Assembly: GCA_903844845.1 (NCBI GenBank)
Contig: CAIMVG010000021.1
Location: 70,992-134,991, forward strand
Length of the DNA: 64,000 nt
From: an uncultured Dehalococcoidia bacterium
Lineage (GTDB): Bacteria > Chloroflexota > Dehalococcoidia > Dehalococcoidales > UBA1222
Reading direction: 5' to 3'
Shown in pieces: positions 18,509-27,438 of the stretch. Under the pieces are notes generated by a model. It saw only the letters and a list, made by a program, of their open reading frames with translations. It was not told the DNA's origin and searched no databases. The position numbers and the translations under genes were made by a program. Numbering within the stretch: the stretch's first letter is position 1; every line of letters starts with the position of its first letter.

Positions 18509-19069
18509 TCAAACCCTCAACGAGCCGCGGAATCCCCTGGCGCTATAATAAGAGTCCGCGCCGTTGTGATACACGAAGACGTGGTCGTAGCGGCGATCGG
18601 CGAAGATAGCGCCTCCGAGTTTTCTGATTTCGGGGGGCGTTTTCAACCAGCTGGACGTTTTAGTATCGAAATTCCCGAGTTTCTGCAACTCGCGGTATTG
18701 TTCTTCAGTTAAAACCTCGATGCCCATAACAGCCGCCATCCCCATGGCGCTGTCTTTTGGTTTAGCTGCTTTCCTTGAATCCAGCGCATCGGGGTCGTAA
18801 CAGACATTTCTGCGGCCTTCGGGACTTTCCTTCGAACAATCATAAAAGATGTATCCGCCAGTCGTTTTATCATGACCCGCGACATCTGGTTTACCGCCGG
18901 TTCTCTCCATCTCATTGAGAGACCAAAGTTTTTCGGTATCAGCTTCAATTTTTATTTGCACTTTAACCCATTCAAGACCTTCATGGCGGTTCATGTTGGT
19001 ATTAAAGCGCTCTTTCAAGGCTTTTAATAATTCTTCGCGTTGTCCGGGTGACAGAGTTTTAGTCTGCAT
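18509..19069 (-). CDS. DUF4256 domain-containing protein
   Basis: 186 aa. L...QREELL..LK.RF..NM.RH.GLEW..VQ.K.E...EKLWSLNEMERTGG.PDV...D..TG.Y.FYDCS.ESP.GRR..CYD and a C-terminal RYDHVFVYHNGA.SYY.ARGFRGSL.V match my memory of this family. Confidence 0.75.
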   Translation of the reverse strand: MQTKTLSPGQREELLKALKERFNTNMNRHEGLEWVKVQIKIEADTEKLWSLNEMERTGGKPDVAGHDKTTGGYIFYDCSKESPEGRRNVCYDPDALDSRKAAKPKDSAMGMAAVMGIEVLTEEQYRELQKLGNFDTKTSSWLKTPPEIRKLGGAIFADRRYDHVFVYHNGADSYYSARGFRGSLRV

Positions 19070-19152
19070 TATGCCCTCCTCTCTATCGTAAAACTATCTT
19101 ATCATAACTTCCGAAGCTGTCTTGCAACCGCGATCATTAGTGAAAGTAACGA

Positions 19153-19215
19153 GCGAATCGAATCCCCGCTGTCCATCATATAAAAAGCCCCCTGATGATT
19201 CAGGGGGCTTTTGGT
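19153..19215 (+). repeat. Degenerate direct repeat of the tRNA-fMet 3' end plus terminator hairpin, copy 3
   Basis: GCGAATCGAATCCCCGCTGTCCATCATATAAAAAGCCCCCTGATGATTCAGGGGGCTTTT is colinear with copies 1 and 2 but more diverged (about three quarters identical by eye). Confidence 0.7.
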
Positions 19216-19237
19216 TTAACACTCCATTTATGTTTAT

Positions 19238-19636
19238 TCAGGCGGTTTTTAACTGCGCCCCGCAGCCGGCGCAGAAGGCTTTGCCCGGCGTTATTTTTGC
19301 TCCGCATCGAGGGCATGCCAAGGGAGTTGTTTGCCTGGGTTTCATCAGGGACAACAGCGCTTCACGGGCCGCATGCGCGTCCCCGCCTTTCAATTGGGTG
19401 CATTTTTCGAAGGCGTTGTAACTGGCGAACCTGTCGTGCAGTTGCGTTATTTTTGATTTGGGCAGTGCCTTCATCGCGTCCGCTTTGCGTATCGATTTCG
19501 AAACCCTGTTTAAAGACTGGTCCGCGAACTCTTTTTTTATGGTCTCACCCATGGAAGCCCTTTTTACCGATTTATCCATGGAATATTTGGCTTCCATCAG
19601 GTCATTCAGGATCTGTTGGTTCCCCTGGTTTTCCAT
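19238..19636 (-). CDS. Zinc-ribbon protein (coiled N-terminal part, C-terminal CPRCG...CAGCG ribbon)
   Basis: 132 aa. CPRCGAKITPGKAFCAGCGAQL is at the C-terminus. The start lies 3 nt downstream of the stop of the 806-aa gene, suggesting an operon. Confidence 0.65.
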   Translation of the reverse strand: MENQGNQQILNDLMEAKYSMDKSVKRASMGETIKKEFADQSLNRVSKSIRKADAMKALPKSKITQLHDRFASYNAFEKCTQLKGGDAHAAREALLSLMKPRQTTPLACPRCGAKITPGKAFCAGCGAQLKTA

Positions 19637-19638
19637 TT

Positions 19639-22059
19639 TTATCTGCCTCCCGCGTTGGCATCATAGTTGCCGCCGGTTTGTTGTGCGGCGCCTGACTGCG
19701 CCTGCATCTGCTGCATCTGTTCCTTCGTATAGGTAGCCGTTTTCCCGCCGGCTTCGGTGGTCGTGACCGACCCGTCTCTATGCAGGTCTATCCTGTTGCC
19801 TTGTTTATCTTGAACGTAACCGGAGCCATCGCTTTTGGTCTTCATCGTGGTGCCTTTCGAGTCCGTGATATCGGAGTTGCCCTGGGCGTCCCAAGAGCCT
19901 GCCCCGTCGGGGCCTTTCATCTCGCCTGAGCCGTCGCTCTTTATATCCTGGGTATTCCCCTTGTCGTCTTTGATGTGCATGTTCCCCTTGTCGTCAGTGG
20001 TCAGATCTAACGTTCCCTGTTCATCCTTGACGTGTGCATCGGTAACATTCCCGCCTTTTATATCGACCGAATTACCCTTTTCATCCTTGATATGCGCCTC
20101 GTTGCCGTCCTGGCTGATATCGGCGGTATTGCCCTTGTCGTCCTTGATGTGCATGGTGCCCTTATCGTCGGTGTTGAGGTCGACCGTTCCCTTGTCATCC
20201 TTGATATGTGCGCTGGTCACGTTGCCGTCCGAGTTGATATCGGCGGTATTGCCCTTGTCGTCCTTGATATGAATGTTGTCGGCATCGTCAGTGTTGACGT
20301 CCATCGTGCCGCCGTCTTCAGTTTTGATATGGCCGTTCATCTTGCCGTCGGCATCGGCATTGATGAAAGAGCCGTCATGGAACTTGGCCCTCAGTCCGTT
20401 CTCGTCGACCGTGATCTTATCGCCATCAGGAGTTTCGCCTTCGAAAGAGCCATCCTCCTTGATGGTTATTTTATTGCCCTGTTCGTCGGTCATGGAACCG
20501 CTCATATTCCCGTCTTTGTCGATTTTCATCGTGCCGCCGGGAGTGGAGATGCTGGCGGAACCATCCTTGTTCATCGTCATTACGGTACCGTCATATGTGG
20601 TTAAAGACCCTTCAGGGTAGCCCTCCTTCGGGCAATGCAGTGTACCGCCATATGGTGATTTTACGTCGATGCTGCCATCCTTATTGAGGGTGGATCCGCC
20701 TGTCCGGCCGTCCGGCAAGGTTATCTCTATTTCGCCGCTAGGTTTTGTGACCTGCAGCCCTGTTTCGGGGCTCCACTCTTTTTTCGTACCGTCGGGGTAA
20801 GACGTGTAACTACTGCCGTCGGGCCCCTCCGAATAGGTGGTGCCGTCGGGATAAATCGTGGTAACCACTTTGTCAGGAGTCCGGTTGATGATCGTCCCGT
20901 CCGGTTGCATCGTGTTGGTCGAGCCGTCCGGCAGGCGCTGGGATTGGAACTTGCCGTCAGCATCGTAGGTGCTTACGGTACCGTTCGGCTGGCGCACCGT
21001 GAGGGTTTTATCCGGGTTCGTTTCGACGGTGGTTCCGGGAGGGTCATCGGGGTTTGTCGAAGGCACCGGACCCTGCGGTACAGGGGGTTCTTCAGGCACA
21101 TCAGGCGGTTCTTCGGGGGGCGGCCCTATTTCGCCGGTCGCGATATCCTCTCCCGCACCTTCGGGTATTTCCGACTCGTCCCCGCCTTCGGCTGACTGCC
21201 CGACGATGACTCCGGCACTTACTCCGGCGACACCGCCCGAAAAGATACCTGCAAAGGTATGGTGAGCACTTTCAAAGTCGAATAGCTGCGACAAGAGAGA
21301 ATGCCCGGAAAATCCCGGGACATTGAGGTGGCTCAAGGCTCCCAAAGCTACCAGGGGAGCCAGAAGGCTCATCGCGCCGGATACCCTTCGGACCGGGGCC
21401 GGTTCAGCTTTGAGAAAGCGCGGCAGGACCCTGGCTACCAGCAGCAGGGCCAGCCCTATCCAGGCAAAATAATATCCCACGCCGAAGAAAGCTTTCAGGA
21501 TGTGCACCCCGGGCCTTTCGGTCAGGTAGCCCGTGATGGTCGGGGAAAAGGTGTAAAGAAGCAATCCTGAAAGGGCCAGCAGCCAGTGGTCTATCTTCTC
21601 GAGGTTCATGCTGCCCCAGTACATGAGTATGATGCTGATGAAAACGATGAAAACAAAACCCGGGAAAATATCGCCTGAGGGGCGGGAGAACAGATTTTTA
21701 GGTATGGCGAATACGATGCTTATGTATTTCGGAATCGTATTAGGCGTATGGCCGCTGGGAAGCGTCATGTAGTCGGCTATCGGTAAAAGGAAAGCTAAAG
21801 AGAAAAAGAGTTTGGCCACTACGGGGCATAGATCGTTAACCAGGTCCTGCCAGGGTTTGAGGTGGAAAGGCAGGCGGTTGAATAGTTTCAACACTACGAA
21901 CCCGGCCAGAGTGGCCACTAAAAGGCCGACGATGCCGCTGAGGAAATAGCCGACGATCAAGCCGGCGAGGATGGAGAGCAAGACAGGGAAACCTTCTTTG
22001 GTGAATAGCCATCTGGTGCGGGCTGCAAGTGACTGTTTGACGCCTGCATCTTTTTTCAT
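19639..22059 (-). CDS. Large membrane-anchored repeat protein (N-terminal multi-TM domain, Pro-rich linker, PDG/DDKGN repeat ectodomain)
   Basis: 806 aa. About 290 aa of hydrophobic helices, then the linker GPPPEEPPDVPEEPPVPQGPVP, then many short ..PDG(T/S).. beta-like repeats. Six or more HIKDDKGN(T/S).D units follow. Confidence 0.75.
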   Translation of the reverse strand: MKKDAGVKQSLAARTRWLFTKEGFPVLLSILAGLIVGYFLSGIVGLLVATLAGFVVLKLFNRLPFHLKPWQDLVNDLCPVVAKLFFSLAFLLPIADYMTLPSGHTPNTIPKYISIVFAIPKNLFSRPSGDIFPGFVFIVFISIILMYWGSMNLEKIDHWLLALSGLLLYTFSPTITGYLTERPGVHILKAFFGVGYYFAWIGLALLLVARVLPRFLKAEPAPVRRVSGAMSLLAPLVALGALSHLNVPGFSGHSLLSQLFDFESAHHTFAGIFSGGVAGVSAGVIVGQSAEGGDESEIPEGAGEDIATGEIGPPPEEPPDVPEEPPVPQGPVPSTNPDDPPGTTVETNPDKTLTVRQPNGTVSTYDADGKFQSQRLPDGSTNTMQPDGTIINRTPDKVVTTIYPDGTTYSEGPDGSSYTSYPDGTKKEWSPETGLQVTKPSGEIEITLPDGRTGGSTLNKDGSIDVKSPYGGTLHCPKEGYPEGSLTTYDGTVMTMNKDGSASISTPGGTMKIDKDGNMSGSMTDEQGNKITIKEDGSFEGETPDGDKITVDENGLRAKFHDGSFINADADGKMNGHIKTEDGGTMDVNTDDADNIHIKDDKGNTADINSDGNVTSAHIKDDKGTVDLNTDDKGTMHIKDDKGNTADISQDGNEAHIKDEKGNSVDIKGGNVTDAHVKDEQGTLDLTTDDKGNMHIKDDKGNTQDIKSDGSGEMKGPDGAGSWDAQGNSDITDSKGTTMKTKSDGSGYVQDKQGNRIDLHRDGSVTTTEAGGKTATYTKEQMQQMQAQSGAAQQTGGNYDANAGGR
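19930..20290 (-). repeat. Intragenic tandem repeats encoding HIKDDKGNTADI.(S/Q)DGN...-type units (about 19-21 codons each)
   Basis: Repeated DNA strings GCCCTTGTCGTCCTTGATGTGCAT / ATTGCCCTTGTCGTCCTTGATATG recur across this interval. The protein shows at least 6 consecutive units. Confidence 0.8.
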
Positions 22060-22213
22060 GTATCACCCCTCTAATACATCTCTATTACACCCCTTTACGC
22101 GCCAATTGTATTACAGGGGGAGGAGGGATTCAATAGAAAAATGCGTAAAATTTTATTGATTTTATAAAAACTGAGGTATGGCGCGTTTCACCCGGCACGC
22201 GGAGTACATAACG

Positions 22214-22240
22214 AAGCCCCCTGAATCTCAGGGGGCTTTT
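22214..22240. terminator. Terminator hairpin of the same AGCCCCCTG...CAGGGGGCT type
   Basis: GAAGCCCCCTGAATCTCAGGGGGCTTTTT lies downstream of the MscS gene (-). The T-run is on the plus strand. Confidence 0.6.
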
Positions 22241-22315
22241 TCTATCGTAACCGGGGATCTTGGGCGGGGGATTACCCGGCCTGTCGCTTTGCGGCATGCA
22301 CCACGTTCCCTGGGG

Positions 22316-23395
22316 CTAAGCCGGGTTGTCAGTTTGCCGTAAAAGGACTCTTTGCACAGGATATTCGATGGTTATGCCCTCGGCTTTGAAACGCCTGTGC
22401 AGCGCCTTTATAAACTCGTGCTTCAGGGCGAACTGGCTGATGCGGTCTACCGATTTCAATAACACGGTGAAGTTGATATTTGAGTCGCCGAATTCTTTGA
22501 AACGCACTTCTGGTTCGTGGTCCTTGGCCGCTTCAGGGCACCTGAGTGTTACTTCACGCGCCACATCGAGCGCCACCCTCTCAACTTCGTCGAGGTCGCT
22601 CTCGTAACTGACCCCGCAGGGCACGGCGAACAATTTAGACAACTCGGCTGCTTCAAAGTCGGTCACCACTGCGTCTGCCAGTTTAGAATTAGGCAGGACT
22701 ATCAGGTTGCCTTGCCAGTGGCGGATTTTTGTTGTGCGCCAGCCTATATCTTCGACCAGCCCCTCCTGGCCGCTGTCCAGCAAGATGTAATGGCCTTTTC
22801 GTATCACTGCGTCGGTGATGACATAAGTGCCTGCCAGGAAATTGCTGAGGGTGGGTTGCAGCGCGACGGCGACCGCCAGGCCGCCCACGCCGAGGCCGGC
22901 GATAAGCGGGGTTATTTTGATATTCAGGTTATCGAGTATGAGGACTAAAGCCATCCCGTACACAACCACGTTGCTCACGCGCTTGATGACAGGGATGAGC
23001 TTGTCGTCGATATCCGTATGGGTGCGGTTGGCCACCTCGCCGCCGTACCAGGTCAAGATGGCGCCGAGAAAACGATCGGCCGCCAGCGTTCCGATAGCGA
23101 TCGCGGCGATGATGCCGGCACGGTTGATGATGCCGAGATTGTCTTTTAATTCAGGTAGGCGTACCAGTGCCATCCATATACCGAGCGCAACCAGCACCAG
23201 GTAAACCGGGATATCCAGGGCTTTTACGATATGATCGTCAAGGTTGGTTTTGGTCCTTTTGGTCAGCAAAGAAAGGAACTTGCCGAAAAACAGGTGAGAG
23301 AATAAAGCCAGGACCAAAAACAGCAGGAAGATCCCTGCGGAAATTAACCATCGCTCCCACTCGGTTGTTATCGCTATCGCTGCTATCATATCCAA
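22316..23395 (-). CDS. Mechanosensitive ion channel family protein (MscS-like)
   Basis: 359 aa with N-terminal TM helices. The conserved pore and beta domain reads GLGVGGLAVA.ALQ..L.N...G...........GD.I......G.VE.IG.R.T.IR. Confidence 0.85.
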   Translation of the reverse strand: MDMIAAIAITTEWERWLISAGIFLLFLVLALFSHLFFGKFLSLLTKRTKTNLDDHIVKALDIPVYLVLVALGIWMALVRLPELKDNLGIINRAGIIAAIAIGTLAADRFLGAILTWYGGEVANRTHTDIDDKLIPVIKRVSNVVVYGMALVLILDNLNIKITPLIAGLGVGGLAVAVALQPTLSNFLAGTYVITDAVIRKGHYILLDSGQEGLVEDIGWRTTKIRHWQGNLIVLPNSKLADAVVTDFEAAELSKLFAVPCGVSYESDLDEVERVALDVAREVTLRCPEAAKDHEPEVRFKEFGDSNINFTVLLKSVDRISQFALKHEFIKALHRRFKAEGITIEYPVQRVLLRQTDNPA

Positions 23396-23445
23396 ATTCT
23401 CCCAGCCAAAGAGTATAGCATGCCGGTAAACGGCTGTGGAGGTAT

Positions 23446-24030
23446 CTACCGGTCAGGAATCACGTGTCTTAGTTCTTTAATCATATTCCGGAATACATCT
23501 TTGCCGTATGCGCAATCCACGTGTACAGCGAGTATTTCCCCTGACATGCTGAACGGGTACAGCCGGCATACCACCGGATTAGATTCATGTATCTCGCATC
23601 GATGTTCTGCCTGGTTGCGAAAGGGACAGGGGAGCGGGAGCCATCTCGTGGGTTCTCTCGTGGTCGGGCCCGGCTTGGCTTCTGCGCCCTTTGTCGTCAT
23701 TTGTAACAGCTTTTCTATGGGTATGCGTGATGCCGCGCTGATGGCATCCAGTTCTGCCTCGAACACTTCGACACCGGGGGAGTCGGGGCGGTTCGGGTTC
23801 GGGTTGCAGCATCTCCCGCAATTTTCGCACTTGCCTTCATCGAGGGCTTTGCGTACGTTCACCCGGGACCACAGTATACCAAGCGAGAGGGCGATATCGT
23901 CGGCTGCCGCCGCATCCATCAGCTGTTCGATCTCCTCGTCGGTCAAGTCGATGGTGCGTTTACCTTCAAGGTGCCCCAGGTTATGTTTTTTCAGGTCGAG
24001 CTTGACCCTGTTGTGAACGTGCTTATCCAA
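23446..24030 (-). CDS. YkgJ family cysteine-cluster protein (UPF0153)
   Basis: C.NCG.CC ... CPF......C.I.......C..YPF pattern. Confidence 0.75.
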   Translation of the reverse strand: MDKHVHNRVKLDLKKHNLGHLEGKRTIDLTDEEIEQLMDAAAADDIALSLGILWSRVNVRKALDEGKCENCGRCCNPNPNRPDSPGVEVFEAELDAISAASRIPIEKLLQMTTKGAEAKPGPTTREPTRWLPLPCPFRNQAEHRCEIHESNPVVCRLYPFSMSGEILAVHVDCAYGKDVFRNMIKELRHVIPDR

Positions 24031-24966
24031 CTAATACTCGCTTTCGGGGTCAACGATTACCTTTTTCCCATGTGTCATATTCGCCAGATAGACGCCGCCT
24101 ATTACCAAGATTGTACCCGCGCTCTGGGCGACCGAGTATCCCTCTTTCAGGATGATGACCCCTGCCAGTATCGCCACCAGCGTCGCCAGTCCCGCGAAAG
24201 AAGAGGTCCGGTTGGTGCCGATGGCAGTCAGCGCGAAATTATACAGCAGGAAAGCGATGATGGAACAGCCTATACCCAGGTAGAGGATGGCTATCAGAAA
24301 CTCGTGGTTGTTGAACGGGAGCATCACAAAGGCTTTAAGTGAATCGTTCCGCGCGCTTTCCAAGAGTGCGAGGACGGTAAAAACCGCCGCCCCCATCGCC
24401 ATCATGGCATAGGTCTTCTCCGCACTGGAAAACTGTGTTGCCCTTTGAGCGTAAACGGAATAAAGGCCGTAGGAAACCACGGCGATGAGCAGCATCAGGT
24501 ACCCGAGGGGGTTGAAGGTCGCGCTCAAACCCTTGGCTGCCAGGATTAAAATGATGCCTGCGGTGGTGAGGCCCACGCCTCCAACCTGGAGTTTCGTGGG
24601 CGGTTGTTTCAACATGAAAGTTGAGAGCAGGAGTGCCCCGACAGGGATGCAGGCGATGATAGCGCCGCTTTCGGAGGCGGATGTCAACTTGATGCCGACG
24701 GTTTCGCCGATGAAATAGGAACCCGGCACGAAGACAGCCAGTAATAATAATGCTTTCAGTGATTTATTACGAAAATCCAGCTTCACGATGCGCAAGAGCG
24801 CAAGCAGGCTCATCACCAGGAGGGCGAGCACGAACCGCCACGCGAGGAGGGCAAGCGGCGATACGGTATCCGTCACCGTTTTGGTAAACATGAAGCTGAA
24901 GCCCCAGAGGACCTCGCAGGCGAGGACGGAGAGGATGCCGAGGGGCGTTTTATCTTTTAGAGACAA
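24031..24966 (-). CDS. EamA/DMT family transporter
   Basis: 311 aa, ten hydrophobic segments in two similar halves, typical EamA repeat architecture. Confidence 0.82.
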   Translation of the reverse strand: MSLKDKTPLGILSVLACEVLWGFSFMFTKTVTDTVSPLALLAWRFVLALLVMSLLALLRIVKLDFRNKSLKALLLLAVFVPGSYFIGETVGIKLTSASESGAIIACIPVGALLLSTFMLKQPPTKLQVGGVGLTTAGIILILAAKGLSATFNPLGYLMLLIAVVSYGLYSVYAQRATQFSSAEKTYAMMAMGAAVFTVLALLESARNDSLKAFVMLPFNNHEFLIAILYLGIGCSIIAFLLYNFALTAIGTNRTSSFAGLATLVAILAGVIILKEGYSVAQSAGTILVIGGVYLANMTHGKKVIVDPESEY

Positions 24967-25064
24967 ATATTAATTTCCTTTTAACGAATTTAATACTGAG
25001 CAAATGAAAAATTGCTTTGCTTTCGCGGTATCGAGGGCAATTGAAAATATTCGGTGATAATAAG

Positions 25065-26651
25065 TTAAATGCTGAGTCTTATGTTTTTTAATTCTTCATA
25101 TTGTCTGAAACATTTTTCCATCTCTTCGGCAGGAACATTTAAATTCTCGATGAACCAATTGTCCACGGTTTTCATAGCTAGAGCTCTTTGGTCTTTCAGA
25201 ATTAGGTCGTCGACTCTTGATTCAATGCCGTAAGGAAAAACAAAATTTTCGCCTAAAAAGACTAATGCTTTCTTTGCCGCAGACGGTTCTATCTTTAGCA
25301 CCCCACTTCCGTATGTCTTAGAATATATTTCAAAAGAAAGTTGGGACAATGAGCTGAGCATTGAGAACCGTATCCACCGTAAACTGAGGTCAATATTTTC
25401 AGTGTTCTTTAGATAAACTCCATGGACGTTATTTGTGCTATATATTTTGTCCGGATTCAAAACGATGGTCGGAGTTTCTTTAATCATATAAGGGAGAAAT
25501 GCATCGGGTGATTTCTTTGGTGCAATGCAATACCAAACATTTCTATTTTTACAATGAAGCCTTTTGGCATATCCTTCAACTACGCCTCGTTGTATGTATT
25601 TAGTGAGAGATTCAGAAAGTGGAATATTTTCTGGTATCTCTAAAATATAATCTTGTATGTTAATGGCAGAAATATCTTTGCATTTATACATATCCCGGGC
25701 TTTTCGGACGATTGGTTTAATGAAAGAATCCGGTATCCCCAATTCGGTGGCTTGTATTTTGTTAATAATGAAGAAATTATTTGCGCCAGTTACGGTGCCG
25801 ATTAAAACGTCCGTACATTTACCTAATGGCTGGAATTTGAGGAGATTTCTGAGTTTCTCCAAGCTCTTTGATTCTTTTCTAAATACCTGGAGATTTTCAA
25901 TTGTTGAATTTCCAACTGGAATGGTGCGCCACTTGACATCTCTGTCGGGAATCCCGCGTGAATTGCCGATTTGTATTTTATGAGACCGCGTTCCATATTG
26001 GTCTGCAAAGAGAAGGAGGATTCTTTCTTGGTTTGTATCAAACAATTGTTGTCCTATAACCGCAATTCTTATCTCTCCAAAATTCGCAAAAAGATATTCT
26101 TTGACGGGCCGAGAATATTCTGAATATAAGAACGACCATGGCAGAATTGCACCAAGACTGCCGTTTATCCTGATGTATTTAAGAGAATGTAATATAAAAT
26201 ATGCCCATAAATCACAGGTTTTTCTCACACATGTGGTGCTACTAACGAGCGTGTTTAAATATTTCTTTGTCTCTTTGGTTAATGAATGATGTCGAATATA
26301 TGGCGGATTCATAATGATTGCATCAAATTGGCTTGGTAGGTTGCAGTTCTTCAGATAAAAAAAATCTGTATTAGTTAAATTCCCAATCTCAACGGTTCGG
26401 TTGAGTAAATCCATAATTTTCTTTGGAGGTAGGTTGACGTCACATCCGAAAAGTTGCGTACTCGGATTCGGAGTTCCCAGTGATTCGAAGCGCTTGTGTG
26501 CGGCAAATAACAAGGCTCCATGCCCAAAACAGGGGTCAAATACCGTCGCATGCTCGTTTTTAATAGTATTGTATACCAGGTAGTCAGCTAAGGCTTCAGG
26601 TGTGAAATGAATTCCATCCTTTTTACGAGGGAGAGATTCAGACGTGGTCAT
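25065..26651 (-). CDS. N6-adenine DNA methyltransferase (gamma class, Eco57I/TaqI-like catalytic domain plus C-terminal target-recognition region)
   Basis: Motif I VFDPCFGHGALL, motif IV IIMNPPYIRHH, and a C-terminal GSGVLKIEPS-type segment. Start taken at the ATG at 26651 (MTTSESL), which forms a TAATG overlap with the upstream stop. An alternative start is at 26681. Confidence 0.85.
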   Translation of the reverse strand: MTTSESLPRKKDGIHFTPEALADYLVYNTIKNEHATVFDPCFGHGALLFAAHKRFESLGTPNPSTQLFGCDVNLPPKKIMDLLNRTVEIGNLTNTDFFYLKNCNLPSQFDAIIMNPPYIRHHSLTKETKKYLNTLVSSTTCVRKTCDLWAYFILHSLKYIRINGSLGAILPWSFLYSEYSRPVKEYLFANFGEIRIAVIGQQLFDTNQERILLLFADQYGTRSHKIQIGNSRGIPDRDVKWRTIPVGNSTIENLQVFRKESKSLEKLRNLLKFQPLGKCTDVLIGTVTGANNFFIINKIQATELGIPDSFIKPIVRKARDMYKCKDISAINIQDYILEIPENIPLSESLTKYIQRGVVEGYAKRLHCKNRNVWYCIAPKKSPDAFLPYMIKETPTIVLNPDKIYSTNNVHGVYLKNTENIDLSLRWIRFSMLSSLSQLSFEIYSKTYGSGVLKIEPSAAKKALVFLGENFVFPYGIESRVDDLILKDQRALAMKTVDNWFIENLNVPAEEMEKCFRQYEELKNIRLSI

Positions 26652-27430
26652 TATTGATATGCAATCTCGTGCAGACAGCACTTATCTTTTGCCATCACAG
26701 CATTAACCAAACTTACATAATTCACCCACCAAACTTTTTGGCTTTTGGACACCAAATTGTTCCAAGATCGCTCTTCAACCATGTCATTTAGCGGTGTATC
26801 AAATTCTCTTAAAGCCAAATCCAAAACTAATAAATAATCCATAGGAAAATATTGGATCCGCGGGTTTTCTAGAAATGGCTCAAGGCAATAATGCGAATTC
26901 ATGCCATTAGGTATGGAATTTGGAGGATTCCCACCGTATTGAAGATGGGAAGGGGGTATTTTTTGGTTGCCCGGTTGGAGATCAAAATGGAATTTTCTAA
27001 CAATCCTCTTTCCGGTTTTTTGTGAAACTCGGCAGCAAGAATCTCCGGGAGTAATAAGCCCCTCTGTTTGGAACGTGACCCAAAACGCGAACGAAGACCG
27101 AGTTATAGATTTCTTATCGCCTGTGATTACGCCTCCAATAATAATTGTGGGGTGATGTTGATTTAGCTTTTTGTTCAATACGGGAATTTCGATTAGTGGA
27201 ATATTGCAATGGAAATTGTTGCCTGTTTCTGACTTCAATTTAGCATAGGCTACGGCAATAGAAGCAGCAGGGCTCCCGGTGATTGTAGCGTATCGTTCTT
27301 CATTGATACTTCGAAACTCAGCAGAGCATTGTAAGTAATTTAGAGATTCCAACAGTTGGGTTTGGGCTTCATCACGATCCACTTCGCATGTCTCAGTTTT
27401 GTTGGTCAGTTTATTAGTTAAATCTGGCAT
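26651..27430 (-). CDS. Orphan 259-aa protein (candidate effector or specificity component of the island operon)
   Basis: Uninterrupted ORF, AT-rich like its neighbours, coupled on both sides. I recognise no family motif. Confidence 0.65.
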   Translation of the reverse strand: MPDLTNKLTNKTETCEVDRDEAQTQLLESLNYLQCSAEFRSINEERYATITGSPAASIAVAYAKLKSETGNNFHCNIPLIEIPVLNKKLNQHHPTIIIGGVITGDKKSITRSSFAFWVTFQTEGLITPGDSCCRVSQKTGKRIVRKFHFDLQPGNQKIPPSHLQYGGNPPNSIPNGMNSHYCLEPFLENPRIQYFPMDYLLVLDLALREFDTPLNDMVEERSWNNLVSKSQKVWWVNYVSLVNAVMAKDKCCLHEIAYQ

Positions 27431-27438
27431 ATTCGAGC

